Part shown: positions 38,987 to 48,978 of the stretch, piece after piece
How positions within the stretch are numbered: the stretch's first letter is position 1
How the letters are laid out: each line of letters starts with the position of its first letter
Notes under the pieces: generated by a model
What the model was told of the DNA's origin: nothing
Database searches by the model: none
The model's input: only the letters and a program-made list of their open reading frames with translations
Source of the DNA: Candidatus Woesearchaeota archaeon
GTDB lineage: Archaea > Nanobdellota > Nanobdellia > SCGC-AAA011-G17 > PNOQ01
NCBI GenBank assembly: GCA_964393215.1
Contig: CAYMSW010000001.1
Span: 7,236 to 71,235 of the forward strand
Direction: 5' to 3'
DNA: 64,000 bases
Position numbers and translations under genes: made by a program

Positions 38987-39402
38987 ATTTCAGTTTCTCC
39001 ACCCGCTTCCTTTATTTTCTCAATAGCAGTCTTTGAAAATGATTTACACTTTACTTTTACTTTCTTTGTTAAATTTCCAGTACCTAAAACTTTATCGTAT
39101 TTAGAAGCATCAAATATGAAAAATCCACCAACTTCTTTATCTAAATTATCATTAATATATGCTAAATTCAAAACTTTATTCTTCTTACCAACTCTTCTCT
39201 GATTTTTGAAACCTTTCTTACCGAAATAAGCCAAACCAAATTCTTTCAATATAGTTGGTTTCTTCTGATCTGCTCTTTTACCAGTTCCAGCATTACCTCT
39301 TCCACCACGATTACCTGCTCCTCTATGTTTTTTCATAGAACCATAACCATGAGTGGTCTTTGCTCGCATTCTAGTTTTTTTCTTTCTCTTATTTACAGGC
39401 AT
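38977..39402 (-). CDS. rpl15: 50S ribosomal protein L15 (uL15).
   Basis: GAGNRGGRGNAGTGKR motif. Confidence 0.9.
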   Translation of the reverse strand: MPVNKRKKKTRMRAKTTHGYGSMKKHRGAGNRGGRGNAGTGKRADQKKPTILKEFGLAYFGKKGFKNQRRVGKKNKVLNLAYINDNLDKEVGGFFIFDASKYDKVLGTGNLTKKVKVKCKSFSKTAIEKIKEAGGETEICS

Positions 39403-39403
39403 T

Positions 39404-39874
39404 TTATAACATCCTTTGTATCAAATCATTAATTTTGTCTTTTCTATAACCTAAAGCACCGCCAAGTGAAAATGGCTTCTTAGTTCCCTTAGGTGCATAG
39501 CCCTTTGTAGGAGGGTTTAATCTGAAAAATGGTTTCAAACCAGGAATATCTTTTATCTTAATTTTGCCATCAATTAATTCAGAAGATAATTCATCAAAGT
39601 TTTTCTTTACTTTTTCCTTAAGATAACTTTCTTCAACTAAAATATTACCAGGCAATCTTCCTCTCTTCTCAATTAAAAGAGAAAGTGTTTCCTTATCTAT
39701 CTCTCCCCAAGTAGAATGATCTTTTATTACCTTAATCATGCCTTTAACATCATCAGTTGAATCTAAAACTGCACAAGTATTCTTTTTATGCAAGTTCAAT
39801 AGTTTGAAAGTATTCTTTACCTTTCTAACTAACCCTTGTTGTCCAGCAATCCTAATTATAGCTACTTTAGTCAT
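39404..39874 (-). CDS. rpl30: 50S ribosomal protein L30 (uL30).
   Basis: Sequence and operon position. Confidence 0.85.
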   Translation of the reverse strand: MTKVAIIRIAGQQGLVRKVKNTFKLLNLHKKNTCAVLDSTDDVKGMIKVIKDHSTWGEIDKETLSLLIEKRGRLPGNILVEESYLKEKVKKNFDELSSELIDGKIKIKDIPGLKPFFRLNPPTKGYAPKGTKKPFSLGGALGYRKDKINDLIQRML

Positions 39875-40634
39875 CCTTTCCTTCCGTCAAACCAGATATC
39901 TTATGATACTCTGGTCTTATTTTCATAGAGTTTAATTTTTTGAAAGCATCCATGCATGCACTAACTAAATTCAATTGTGTCTTTGTTTGCCCATACGTTT
40001 TTGAATATACATCTTTTATACCTGCAAACTTCAATATTTTTTGTATCTCTTTATGTGCAGTCAACTTAGTTCCTTTTGGTGCAGGAATAAGACTAATCTT
40101 TACACTTCCACATTTTCCAAGTGCATTAATTGGAATGGAATGATTTTCCCCACATGCACAAGACCATGAACCGCAACCTCTTCTAATCTTCATAATACTC
40201 AACTTTGCATTTCTAATTGCTTTTTCTCTGGCTGGAACAGTTTCCTTTGCTTTTCCTCTTCCAAGACCAACATAACCGTTTTTGTTACCAACAATAGCAA
40301 TTGTAGAGAATTTTGGTTTATTACCTTCACTAGTTTTCTTCTGAGTTTGTTTCCAAATACTCCTCTTACCTCCGCCAAACTTACCTTTAGATTGGCCTAC
40401 AGTAACTAAATCATATTCCAACTCGGGCAAAAGAACATCAACAATTTCTTGCTCAAGTATTTTCAAACCATTATCAAGTATTTCATCAATATTTTTTATC
40501 TCTCCGGCTTTTACCTTTTTTCCTAATTCAGTTTTAGGAATCCAATTTGAAATAGCCTCTTCCTTTCTAGATAATTCGGATTCCCTTCTGGAAACTGCAT
40601 CAGGTCTTTTCCTATTGTTTCTTTTCCTTTCCAT
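39867..40634 (-). CDS. rps5: 30S ribosomal protein S5 (uS5).
   Basis: Motif IVGNKNGYVGLGRGKAKE. Confidence 0.9.
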   Translation of the reverse strand: MERKRNNRKRPDAVSRRESELSRKEEAISNWIPKTELGKKVKAGEIKNIDEILDNGLKILEQEIVDVLLPELEYDLVTVGQSKGKFGGGKRSIWKQTQKKTSEGNKPKFSTIAIVGNKNGYVGLGRGKAKETVPAREKAIRNAKLSIMKIRRGCGSWSCACGENHSIPINALGKCGSVKISLIPAPKGTKLTAHKEIQKILKFAGIKDVYSKTYGQTKTQLNLVSACMDAFKKLNSMKIRPEYHKISGLTEGKDD

Positions 40635-41217
40635 TTGAACTTAATTTACTCCTTACTTCTTCAAAATTTTTAGGTAAATCCTCGGGATTCAACCCTTCTT
40701 TTAAATATTTTGAAAATTGTCTTTTGTGCTTCTCCTCATCAGATTTCTTCAATTCAGAAGAATAATTCGAGATTAATTTCCCGTTTAAAACATCTTCCTT
40801 TGGAAATATATCTTCAGAGTGAGGAACATCTATTCCGGAATCAACTATGCCCTTAATTGCAGAAGGCAATCTTGTTCCTTTTGTTATTGAATGAAGGCCA
40901 ATATCTATAACACCTTCAGTAATTTTTCCTTTGGCTTTTTGTCCAAAAAGTAATCCGGTTAAGTATGCTGCAGGAATTCCTCCAGTGGAACCTTTCCAAC
41001 CCAATTTTTTAAGCCCTATAGAATCAACAGTAAGCAAAATTTTATCACCATTCTCCATAAATTCAACCGCCTGTATAGTGATCTTATTTGTAGAAGGTCT
41101 CAAGACTATCCTAGTCTTACCAGAAGATATGAATTTTATTCTCTTCTTGTAATCAGTCTTACCTTTTCTCTTTCTCTTAAACTGAGTTGTGTGTGTTTTA
41201 CTTCTTGACATTTTCAA
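40612..41217 (-). CDS. rpl18: 50S ribosomal protein L18 (uL18).
   Basis: Sequence and position. Confidence 0.85.
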   Translation of the reverse strand: MKMSRSKTHTTQFKRKRKGKTDYKKRIKFISSGKTRIVLRPSTNKITIQAVEFMENGDKILLTVDSIGLKKLGWKGSTGGIPAAYLTGLLFGQKAKGKITEGVIDIGLHSITKGTRLPSAIKGIVDSGIDVPHSEDIFPKEDVLNGKLISNYSSELKKSDEEKHKRQFSKYLKEGLNPEDLPKNFEEVRSKLSSNGKEKKQ

Positions 41218-41656
41218 ATAACCTATTATCTGTTAAGTATGTTTTTACGTGACCTTTGCTTCTGAAATAACCACCTTTTATTTTTCTATAAATTGATCTA
41301 TAAGTTGGAACTGAGATTAACTTTTTATCTCTCAATTCTTTTGCAAAAGCTCTTTGAATTCTAATCTTATTTATCCATGCTCTTTTATCTCCAAGTCTAG
41401 CAGTTCTTTTTCCTTCTCTTGATCCTGAGCCGGTCTTTCTTCCTTTTCTCTTCTGTTTAAGAAGCTTTCTTGCTCTTACTCTTGAAACTGAGCTCTTCTG
41501 TTTTTTCTTAACTGCTTTCAATACACCCAATGCCCTTATGTCGGACCTAGTTATTGCTTCCTTTATCTCAGAAAGCTTATCACTATCAAAAGTTATTCTC
41601 TTTTTACCAACCCCAAATACCTTGGATGATAATTTCTTTTGCTTATCTAAGTTCAT
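41198..41656 (-). CDS. rpl19e: 50S ribosomal protein L19e.
   Basis: Sequence and position. Confidence 0.85.
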   Translation of the reverse strand: MNLDKQKKLSSKVFGVGKKRITFDSDKLSEIKEAITRSDIRALGVLKAVKKKQKSSVSRVRARKLLKQKRKGRKTGSGSREGKRTARLGDKRAWINKIRIQRAFAKELRDKKLISVPTYRSIYRKIKGGYFRSKGHVKTYLTDNRLFENVKK

Positions 41657-42309
41657 TGTTTAGTTCCAGGAACACTTCTTGCCAAATGTCCGCTTTTTGC
41701 TTTGGTTGTATCTTTTTTAACATCAATTGTTTTAGGAGTCTTCTTTTCTTCTTGCTTAGCACTCATTACATCTTTCTTTACTTCATCTTGTTTCTTTTCG
41801 TCTTCCTTCTTCTCTTTTTTCTCTTCCTTCTTCTTTGTAGCCTTATCTTCTTCCTTCTTCCTCTTAGTCTTTCTACTCTTAGACATATCTTTCCTCTTAG
41901 CTAACAAAGTTTTTGTACTTTCTAAAAATAATTTGATATCTTTAACATTTGAAACAGATATATTATCTGCAAGGCATTTCTCTAAAATTTTAACCTTATT
42001 TTTCAAACCAACATTAGATGCTATGACTGCTTGATATTTTGTATTATCAAATTCTTTCAAGTCAGCAACATTTTTTAAATAATAAAGTGATTTTCCATCC
42101 AATTGTAAAGATCTAACTAACTTTGGGGATCTATATCCAACAGAAGGATTTTTCTGATGTCCTTTTTTATGCAATCTACGCTTATTATGCAAACCTCTTG
42201 GCTTTCTCCATTTAGACATTGTTTTGCCTTTCAATTTATTGGAATCCTTTCTCACAAACTTTGGCTTTCTTGCCTTCAAAGTTTTTCTAATTTCCAATAA
42301 TTCTTTCAT
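41653..42309 (-). CDS. rpl32e: 50S ribosomal protein L32e with a K/E-rich C-terminal tail of about 85 aa.
   Basis: Core motif KGHQKNPSVGYRSPK. The tail runs KRKKEEDKATKKKEEKKEKKEDEKK... Confidence 0.85.
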   Translation of the reverse strand: MKELLEIRKTLKARKPKFVRKDSNKLKGKTMSKWRKPRGLHNKRRLHKKGHQKNPSVGYRSPKLVRSLQLDGKSLYYLKNVADLKEFDNTKYQAVIASNVGLKNKVKILEKCLADNISVSNVKDIKLFLESTKTLLAKRKDMSKSRKTKRKKEEDKATKKKEEKKEKKEDEKKQDEVKKDVMSAKQEEKKTPKTIDVKKDTTKAKSGHLARSVPGTKQ

Positions 42310-42854
42310 TCTTGTTGCTCCTCAGCCTTTTTTGTTATGTAAATTCCATCCTGGAATCTCCTTCTATCTCTGTTTGTAATCCTAGTAGATTTTTCCAGAT
42401 TTGCTGCGCTCTGACCAACTGCTTCAATATCTGGTCCGGAAAGAGTAATTATATCTTTGTCAATCTTAGCGTTGACAGTTTCAAGTATCTTTGCACTTCT
42501 TGGTATTTTTTCTCCCAAAAAGTTCTTAATTACCACTTTATTGCCTTCTTGAGTTACAGTCATTGGAAAGTGTCCTGAACATATTTTCAAAGTATAAACA
42601 AAATCTTTCTTAACGCCAACAAACATATTTATTATATGAGCCTTCAAAGTTTTCAAAACGGTTTTCTCTCTCTTAGATGCGTTAGCATATTCAAGAGAAA
42701 GTGTAGAATCTTCCTTCTTTACTTTAAGACCAGGATAAAAATATTTCCTCTCAAGGTTGCCATTTGGTCCTGTAACTTTCATAATTAAAGGTTCCAAAGT
42801 TACTTCAACGCCTTCGGGAATTTTTACTGTGTCTCTCAGATTTACCTTAACCAT
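42306..42854 (-). CDS. rpl6: 50S ribosomal protein L6 (uL6).
   Basis: Sequence and position. Confidence 0.9.
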   Translation of the reverse strand: MVKVNLRDTVKIPEGVEVTLEPLIMKVTGPNGNLERKYFYPGLKVKKEDSTLSLEYANASKREKTVLKTLKAHIINMFVGVKKDFVYTLKICSGHFPMTVTQEGNKVVIKNFLGEKIPRSAKILETVNAKIDKDIITLSGPDIEAVGQSAANLEKSTRITNRDRRRFQDGIYITKKAEEQQE

Positions 42855-42855
42855 T

Positions 42856-43248
42856 TTAATAACAATAAGCGATTAGTTTTCCTCCTAAGCCTTTCTCTAC
42901 TGCCTCTTTATGTGTCATCAAACCTTTTGGAGTAGATACAATAATTATACCGAAGTCATGTGCTGGAAGATATCTCTTCTCAAATTTCTCGTATTCATTC
43001 TTCTTTACGGAAAACCTAGGCTTTATTACTCCACACTTATTTATGGTGCCGTTCAAAGTAATTTCCAAAGTTTCTCCTTTAGTACTTTCAATAGATTTGA
43101 AATCGCCAACATAATTATTATTCTTAAGAATATCAAAAACAGATTTTATCAATTTTGATGCATTCTTGATTATAGTAGTCTTGATACTTTTCTTCTCACA
43201 ATTCAAAATGTGAGACATTGCATTTGCTAATGGATCGTTTAATGACAT
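42856..43248 (-). CDS. rps8: 30S ribosomal protein S8 (uS8).
   Basis: Sequence and position. Confidence 0.9.
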   Translation of the reverse strand: MSLNDPLANAMSHILNCEKKSIKTTIIKNASKLIKSVFDILKNNNYVGDFKSIESTKGETLEITLNGTINKCGVIKPRFSVKKNEYEKFEKRYLPAHDFGIIIVSTPKGLMTHKEAVEKGLGGKLIAYCY

Positions 43249-43257
43249 TTTTTAACC

Positions 43258-43488
43258 TCAACTGTATTTTTTGAAACCAATGCTCTTTGCTACTTCCCTA
43301 AAGCACTGTCTGCACAAACCCATACCATATTTTTGAATATGTGCACCGTTTCTTCCACATCTCCTACATTTTCTTAGCGCCTTTCCACAACTTCTTTTCT
43401 TTGGCTTATTGTGCTTGATGAACTTTGTCAACTTTGCGGGTTTTGCCTTAAGCTGCTTGAATGCTTTTCTATGATCGCTAGTGGTCAT
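43258..43488 (-). CDS. rps14: 30S ribosomal protein S14 (uS14, Zn-ribbon type).
   Basis: CRRCGR ... CRQCFRE. Confidence 0.85.
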   Translation of the reverse strand: MTTSDHRKAFKQLKAKPAKLTKFIKHNKPKKRSCGKALRKCRRCGRNGAHIQKYGMGLCRQCFREVAKSIGFKKYS

Positions 43489-43489
43489 T

Positions 43490-44005
43490 TTACTCTTCTA
43501 CCTCCACTTTTACATTAAATTTTGTTTGAACATACTCTATTGCTTCATCCTTAGTTATAATGTGCTTTCTACCAACTTTTGCTTTGTCATACTTTCTCTT
43601 CTTAACTCTATAACCAGGTCTCTCCAAAGTAACAGCAACTTCCAAACCAACAATTCCAATTTCAGGATCGTATTGTACTCCAGGAATTTCGATATATTCT
43701 GGAATTCCAAACGAAAAGTTTCCATCCTTTCCAAATGAAGTGGGTTTTATTCTATTTTCAACTGCAACAAACAATCTTTTCAAAAGCTCTTCAGCTTCCT
43801 TGCTTCTAATAGTTACCTTTGTACCTATCTCTAAACCAGGTCTAACTCCCCATGTAGGTATTCTTTTGCTGGATGTATTGTTTACTGTCTTTCTAGAAGA
43901 GATCGTATGTAAAAGCTTAGATGCCTTTTTCAAATTCTCTCCGGCTTCTCCAACACCTTTATTCAGAGTTATTTTCTCTATCCTAATTTCTTTCATCTTA
44001 TTCAT
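43490..44005 (-). CDS. rpl5: 50S ribosomal protein L5 (uL5).
   Basis: Sequence and position. Confidence 0.9.
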   Translation of the reverse strand: MNKMKEIRIEKITLNKGVGEAGENLKKASKLLHTISSRKTVNNTSSKRIPTWGVRPGLEIGTKVTIRSKEAEELLKRLFVAVENRIKPTSFGKDGNFSFGIPEYIEIPGVQYDPEIGIVGLEVAVTLERPGYRVKKRKYDKAKVGRKHIITKDEAIEYVQTKFNVKVEVEE

Positions 44006-44699
44006 TTGGAAGCGTGATCATTGGTTTATCTTTGCCAATCACAAATGCAAAGTCTTTCAGTGTTTCAAAGTCTGTTTTTCCATCACTGAAAACTATTTTT
44101 TTAGGTTGAAGACTCTTTGATTCCTCAACACTCTTCAAAATACCGGCTTTTCCTACTTGCTTTCCACCAGTAATATAAACAACAGCACCTTTTTCAAAGT
44201 CTACCTTTTCTTTTAGTTTACCTTCGCTAAATATCAAAGTATCATAAGTTTTCCAATCTTTCTTATCAGAGAGAACATTTGTTCCATCAAACAAGTTTAT
44301 TTGCAACTTCTTACCTTTGATTGAAGTTTTACCAATAATTTTCTTAGGTTTCAACTTAGATTCAGCAGCAGAAACTTCAACGAAAGTCAATTTTCCTTTA
44401 GTACTAAACAATATTCTGTAATTTTTATCTTTCACAGTAACAATATCCATAAGACCAACGGGAAAGTTCTTATCCTTTCTAATCTTACCGTCAACCTTTA
44501 CAAGGCCCTTTGAAATAATGAATTTAACTTCTCTAGAACTTCTACATATTTTCAAAAACTCTTTCAAAAATGTTCCAAGAGATATACAACTATCTAAACT
44601 ATGTGTTCCCGAGTTAGGTTTTGCTATCCAAGCATGAGCCTTTCTGTTAATAGGCCATGTCTTAGGAGCTGCCAGTCTTTTGATGTGGTTTTTTACCAT
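43998..44699 (-). CDS. rps4e: 30S ribosomal protein S4e.
   Basis: N-terminus MVKNHIKRLAAPKTWPI. Confidence 0.9.
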   Translation of the reverse strand: MVKNHIKRLAAPKTWPINRKAHAWIAKPNSGTHSLDSCISLGTFLKEFLKICRSSREVKFIISKGLVKVDGKIRKDKNFPVGLMDIVTVKDKNYRILFSTKGKLTFVEVSAAESKLKPKKIIGKTSIKGKKLQINLFDGTNVLSDKKDWKTYDTLIFSEGKLKEKVDFEKGAVVYITGGKQVGKAGILKSVEESKSLQPKKIVFSDGKTDFETLKDFAFVIGKDKPMITLPNE

Positions 44700-45081
44700 T
44701 TTGTTTCCTCTCTAAACTTGCTTTTCTCTTTTTGTCCTCTACTTTTATTTCAGTTATCACCATATTTGATGGATGAATGGGATATGGAACTCTGCTGCTA
44801 TCTTTTTTTAATATGCCAACATTTTCTACATACACTCTCAGATTGGATCTGTTGACTTCAGATATTGCACCAGTTTTTCCTTTGAATTGTCCTCTAAGTA
44901 TCTTAACTTTGTCTCCTTTTCTTATCGGAGCATTTCTTTTTCCATATTTTTGTCTCAATTCTTTTGAAAGAGGAGCAGACATCAATTTACTTCTAATATG
45001 ACTAGGTGCATTGTAAACATACTTACGCTGCTTTCTAGGTTGTTTGCTTCCTTTCCATGTAATTGAAAAACCTGATTTCAT
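44662..45081 (-). CDS. rpl24: 50S ribosomal protein L24 (uL24). The start was moved to the internal Met.
   Basis: KOW motif KGDKVKILRGQFKGKTG and a SKQPRKQRK N-terminus. Confidence 0.8.
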   Translation of the reverse strand: MKSGFSITWKGSKQPRKQRKYVYNAPSHIRSKLMSAPLSKELRQKYGKRNAPIRKGDKVKILRGQFKGKTGAISEVNRSNLRVYVENVGILKKDSSRVPYPIHPSNMVITEIKVEDKKRKASLERKQNGKKPHQKTGSS

Positions 45082-45082
45082 T

Positions 45083-45484
45083 TTAAACAATAATTTTTGC
45101 CAGCTTACCAACTGCTGACCACCTTTCGGTTGCCTCCTTAGCTATTGGACCCTTGAATGAAGTCCCTTTTGGATTTCCTTTCTCATCTTTACAAATTATA
45201 ACTGCATTATCGCTAAATTTTATTCTAGTTCCATCCAATCTTCTATATTCCTTTGATTGTCTTACAACAACAGCAGGAACAACTTGCTTTCTAATACTTT
45301 TATCTCCCTTTATTACTGAAACATTAACAAGGTCACCAACTCCAGCAGAAGGAAACCTTCCTTTAACTGTCTTGGATCCTTTTATCGAAATTAAATATGC
45401 AATTTTACCGCCGGAATTATCACAGATTTCCATCTTGGAGCCCCTTACAATACATCTTGGTATCCTTGCCTTTATCGCTTTCAT
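45083..45484 (-). CDS. rpl14: 50S ribosomal protein L14 (uL14).
   Basis: Sequence and position. Confidence 0.9.
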   Translation of the reverse strand: MKAIKARIPRCIVRGSKMEICDNSGGKIAYLISIKGSKTVKGRFPSAGVGDLVNVSVIKGDKSIRKQVVPAVVVRQSKEYRRLDGTRIKFSDNAVIICKDEKGNPKGTSFKGPIAKEATERWSAVGKLAKIIV

Positions 45485-45810
45485 TTTAATTTCTCAATTA
45501 TTACAAATTTCTTTGTCTTACTGATTGGTCTACATTCGACAATTTTTACATCATCACCTACATTACAATCTAAACAAAGAGGATTATGCACGCTGAACTT
45601 TGAAGTTCTATGTTCAAATCTTTCATACTTTCTAACTGGTCTAATTCTAGATAGCTGAACTCTTGCAGTTTTGTGAGTATCTTTTGAAACAACTTTGCCT
45701 CTAAAGACACGACCCCTCAAACTTAATCCATTATGAATTGGACATTTCTTATCGTCGCACTTCTTGCTAAGTACATTCGCTTCAACTTTGATTTCTTTTC
45801 TTTCGCTCAT
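45481..45810 (-). CDS. rps17: 30S ribosomal protein S17 (uS17).
   Basis: Sequence and position. Confidence 0.9.
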   Translation of the reverse strand: MSERKEIKVEANVLSKKCDDKKCPIHNGLSLRGRVFRGKVVSKDTHKTARVQLSRIRPVRKYERFEHRTSKFSVHNPLCLDCNVGDDVKIVECRPISKTKKFVIIEKLK

Positions 45811-46034
45811 TTTATCCTGTCCTTTAGATGTCCGACCATCGATTTTCCATCGACAATTTTTCCATCAATTTTAATCACGACTTGACTTTTGATTATTTTT
45901 TTTGTTCCTTTGTTTTCGACCACAATCATATTCTTCGTTTCGTCAATTACTTCTCCTTTCAAACCTACCAAATCCTTGTTTTCGGATTCTACCACCTCTA
46001 TATGGGAGCCAATTAATCCACCTTTCCACTTCAT
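45807..46034 (-). CDS. rnp1: RNase P protein component 1 (Rpp29/Pop4 family).
   Basis: Sm-like GLKGEVIDETKNMIVVE and its conserved position between S17 and SUI1. Confidence 0.65.
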   Translation of the reverse strand: MKWKGGLIGSHIEVVESENKDLVGLKGEVIDETKNMIVVENKGTKKIIKSQVVIKIDGKIVDGKSMVGHLKDRIK

Positions 46035-46035
46035 T

Positions 46036-46338
46036 TTACGCTATCGTGTCTGGATTAAAGCCGAGTTTGATAAGCTCTTCCTTGACCTTTGAAATGTGAT
46101 CGCCTTGCAGTTCAATCGTTCCTTCCTTGTGAGTTCCACCACAAGCGAATTTATTCTTAAGCTGCTTTGCCAAATCCTTTATATTTATACTGTTTGGGTC
46201 AAGACCTTCAATAATCGTCACAAGTTTTCCGTAACGCTTTTTGTCCTTCCTAACAGTAATTCTTTGTTCCTCTTTGGATATGGTTTCACAAACACAAAGA
46301 TCCATTGGTAGGCCACACTTTGGGCATACGTCGCTCAT
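46036..46338 (-). CDS. Translation initiation factor SUI1 (aIF1).
   Basis: Zn-ribbon CPKCGLP...CVC plus a SUI1 fold with KFACGGT. Confidence 0.85.
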   Translation of the reverse strand: MSDVCPKCGLPMDLCVCETISKEEQRITVRKDKKRYGKLVTIIEGLDPNSINIKDLAKQLKNKFACGGTHKEGTIELQGDHISKVKEELIKLGFNPDTIA

Positions 46339-46547
46339 ACCTTTTCAATACCTCCCTTGAGTTTCTTCAGTGTGTTAATTCTTGCAACAGTTCTTTTTAT
46401 TTCCTTAATCTTTCCAGGATTTTCTGGAACAGTACCTATTGCAACCTGAGCATTAATTTTGATTAGTTCCTTCTTTAACTCAACCAGCTTACCATCCAAG
46501 GCTTTCTCATTCATTTGAGTTAATTCATTCTTTCTTAGTATTGCCAT
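46335..46547 (-). CDS. rpl29: 50S ribosomal protein L29 (uL29).
   Basis: Sequence and position. Confidence 0.85.
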   Translation of the reverse strand: MAILRKNELTQMNEKALDGKLVELKKELIKINAQVAIGTVPENPGKIKEIKRTVARINTLKKLKGGIEKV

Positions 46548-47358
46548 CTTTCTCTTCCTTCATTTTCTTAAGTTCTGCTGCAGTTGGAACTTTTTCTGGT
46601 TCTGTTTTCTTTAATTCCTTTTTCTCAACCAGTTTTTCTACTTTAGGAACTTCTTTTTCTGCAGGCTTTTCTTTTACAGTTTCTTTCTCCTCAACCTTTT
46701 TCTCTACAACTTCTTCTTTCTCTTCCTTAACTTCTTCAGCTTCTGTTTCTTCGACCTGAATTTCTCTTATATTAATTGTATCAGGTAATTCAACATCAGG
46801 AGTAAGTATTGTTACTTTTACCCCAATAGCTCCAGATTTTAAATGTGCAATTGCATATCCTCTTGAAACAAGATTCTCAGATACGTCACCAGATTTCTTA
46901 AGGTGTCCTGCTGAAAATCTCCAACTCTTAGATCTTGTACTTGGAATACCTCTTCCAGTAATTACTATTTCTGCACCTTGTGCACCTGCAGTCATTATCA
47001 TATCTAACATTTTGTAACCAGTAAACTTGAAACGTCTTGGACCAAATCTCTCAAACGAGCTTACAATTTCTTTAGCAACGGATTTAGGATTCAAGAAAGG
47101 CCTGTCAATCTCACTAACTTCTATTTGAGGATTTTCCAAACCAAATTTATTCTTTAACACATCTGTCAAATCTTTAATTCCTTTACCTTTGCTTCCAACA
47201 ATTAAACCTGGTTTTGAAGTATAAACTATAATTTTTTCACCCAATGGAGTCCTTTGTATTTCCGTATGGCTATAACCAGACTTACCAACTACGTCAGACA
47301 TATGCTCCATTATTTGAAATTCTTTCAAATTTTTCTTAATAATATCTCTCTCAATCAT
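46525..47358 (-). CDS. rps3: 30S ribosomal protein S3 (uS3) with a K/E-rich C-terminal tail.
   Basis: KH domain and S3 core, then about 80 aa of an E/K/V-rich tail. Confidence 0.9.
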   Translation of the reverse strand: MIERDIIKKNLKEFQIMEHMSDVVGKSGYSHTEIQRTPLGEKIIVYTSKPGLIVGSKGKGIKDLTDVLKNKFGLENPQIEVSEIDRPFLNPKSVAKEIVSSFERFGPRRFKFTGYKMLDMIMTAGAQGAEIVITGRGIPSTRSKSWRFSAGHLKKSGDVSENLVSRGYAIAHLKSGAIGVKVTILTPDVELPDTINIREIQVEETEAEEVKEEKEEVVEKKVEEKETVKEKPAEKEVPKVEKLVEKKELKKTEPEKVPTAAELKKMKEEKDGNTKKE

Positions 47359-47855
47359 TTTTCTATTTCCACCGCCTTAATTTCCAAGTGAGTTCTCTTC
47401 ATTTTTCTTCTTCTTAATCTTCCATAATGCCATTGATCAGGACCTTTGTTTGCAATAACTTCTGAAAGTTTTAACATTTCAACATTCAAACCTTTATTTT
47501 CTGCATTTCCTTCCAAAGAATTCAAAAGCATAAGGAAATGTTTTGAAGCTTTCTCTGGATATCTTCCAGATGCAATCTTTCCTGGCTTATGTCCCATGTC
47601 TCTATTGTATCTCTTAAATGGAACAGCCCTTTTCTTATCAATAACATCTTGCAAAAATGATTTTGCCTTACTCAATTCCCTTCCCCTAAGATAACCTGCA
47701 ATCTCAACAGATTGTTTTGTAGATATCGGAAGATTTCTAACTCTAACACTAGCAAAATGTGCTTTCTCGGATTTAACCTTTGGAGTTTCTTTCTTCTCCA
47801 CTTTAGGTTTTTCCTTCTTCGCTTCTTCCTTCTTTGTAGTTTTATCTTCTACCAT
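47355..47855 (-). CDS. rpl22: 50S ribosomal protein L22 (uL22) with a K/E-rich N-terminal extension.
   Basis: Sequence and position. Confidence 0.9.
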   Translation of the reverse strand: MVEDKTTKKEEAKKEKPKVEKKETPKVKSEKAHFASVRVRNLPISTKQSVEIAGYLRGRELSKAKSFLQDVIDKKRAVPFKRYNRDMGHKPGKIASGRYPEKASKHFLMLLNSLEGNAENKGLNVEMLKLSEVIANKGPDQWHYGRLRRRKMKRTHLEIKAVEIEK

Positions 47856-47857
47856 CT

Positions 47858-48253
47858 TTACTTAACCGATTGAGACGCACTAGATCTTGTAGCACCAATA
47901 CCAGGAGCACTGTGCTTAATTCTAGATCTTGTATCTACGAATTCTCCTAGTCTGTGTCCAAGCATTTCAAATACAACTGCAACAGGCATGAACACCTTTC
48001 CGTTATGAACATGAATAATTAATCCAATCATTTCAGGTAAAATTACCATTTCTCTACAATGAGTCTTTATATTTTTCTTAAAAGTTCCAACTCTTGTTGC
48101 AGATATTTTTTTCAACAATCTTTTCTGGGCATCAGTAAATCCTCTCAAAATAGTTCTTCTATTTCTAGCAGGAACTAATTTAGCAAAGTCCTGCATATTC
48201 ATCTTATCCAAATCTTCCTTGGTTTTACCTTTGTAAGTTAGTTCTTTTGCCAT
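47858..48253 (-). CDS. rps19: 30S ribosomal protein S19 (uS19).
   Basis: Sequence and position. Confidence 0.9.
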   Translation of the reverse strand: MAKELTYKGKTKEDLDKMNMQDFAKLVPARNRRTILRGFTDAQKRLLKKISATRVGTFKKNIKTHCREMVILPEMIGLIIHVHNGKVFMPVAVVFEMLGHRLGEFVDTRSRIKHSAPGIGATRSSASQSVK

Positions 48254-48254
48254 T

Positions 48255-48977
48255 TTACTTCTTACCTGTCCTCTTTGGTGAAATTGAACCTACTTTTCTT
48301 CCAGGAGGAGCATGTCTTGAAACTGTCTTTGCCTTTCCAATATGTCTTCCCCTACCAGATCCAAATGGATGATCAACAGCGTTCATTGCTACACCAGATG
48401 TTTGTGGGTACAATTTATTTCTTGCTTTCATTATAAAATGTCTCTTTCCAGCTTTTACTATTGGTTTATCTTTTCTTCCACCGCCAGACACAACACCAAC
48501 AGTTGCTCTACAATCAATATCAAATTGTTTTATTTTCTTTGAAGGCATCTTAACAGAAACCTTTGTCTTAGTTCTAGAAACAATGGTTGCAAATGAGCCA
48601 GCAGATCTTATATGTTTTCCACCATCTCCAACTTTTGATTCTACATTATGAATAATAGTACCTATTTTTGCACTCTTCAATGGAATTGTATTTCCAACTT
48701 CTACCTTAGAAAGTTTTCCAGACTGAACTTTTTTACCAGTATAAATACCATGAGTAGCTAAAACCAATCCTCTATCTCCATTTTCATATTCTATCTCTGC
48801 CAAAGGAGCAGAATGACCAGGACAATTCAAAAAATCCCTAACAACACCATTAATAACACTATTTTTCTCAACATCATCGTAAGGTCTATGGAAAATAGGA
48901 GAGACAAATCTATGACCAGGAGTTCTATATCTAGAAGTTCCCCTTCCTCTTCTCTGTGAAATAATTCGTTTTCCCAT
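48255..48977 (-). CDS. rpl2: 50S ribosomal protein L2 (uL2).
   Basis: Sequence and position. Confidence 0.9.
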   Translation of the reverse strand: MGKRIISQRRGRGTSRYRTPGHRFVSPIFHRPYDDVEKNSVINGVVRDFLNCPGHSAPLAEIEYENGDRGLVLATHGIYTGKKVQSGKLSKVEVGNTIPLKSAKIGTIIHNVESKVGDGGKHIRSAGSFATIVSRTKTKVSVKMPSKKIKQFDIDCRATVGVVSGGGRKDKPIVKAGKRHFIMKARNKLYPQTSGVAMNAVDHPFGSGRGRHIGKAKTVSRHAPPGRKVGSISPKRTGKK

Positions 48978-48978
48978 T

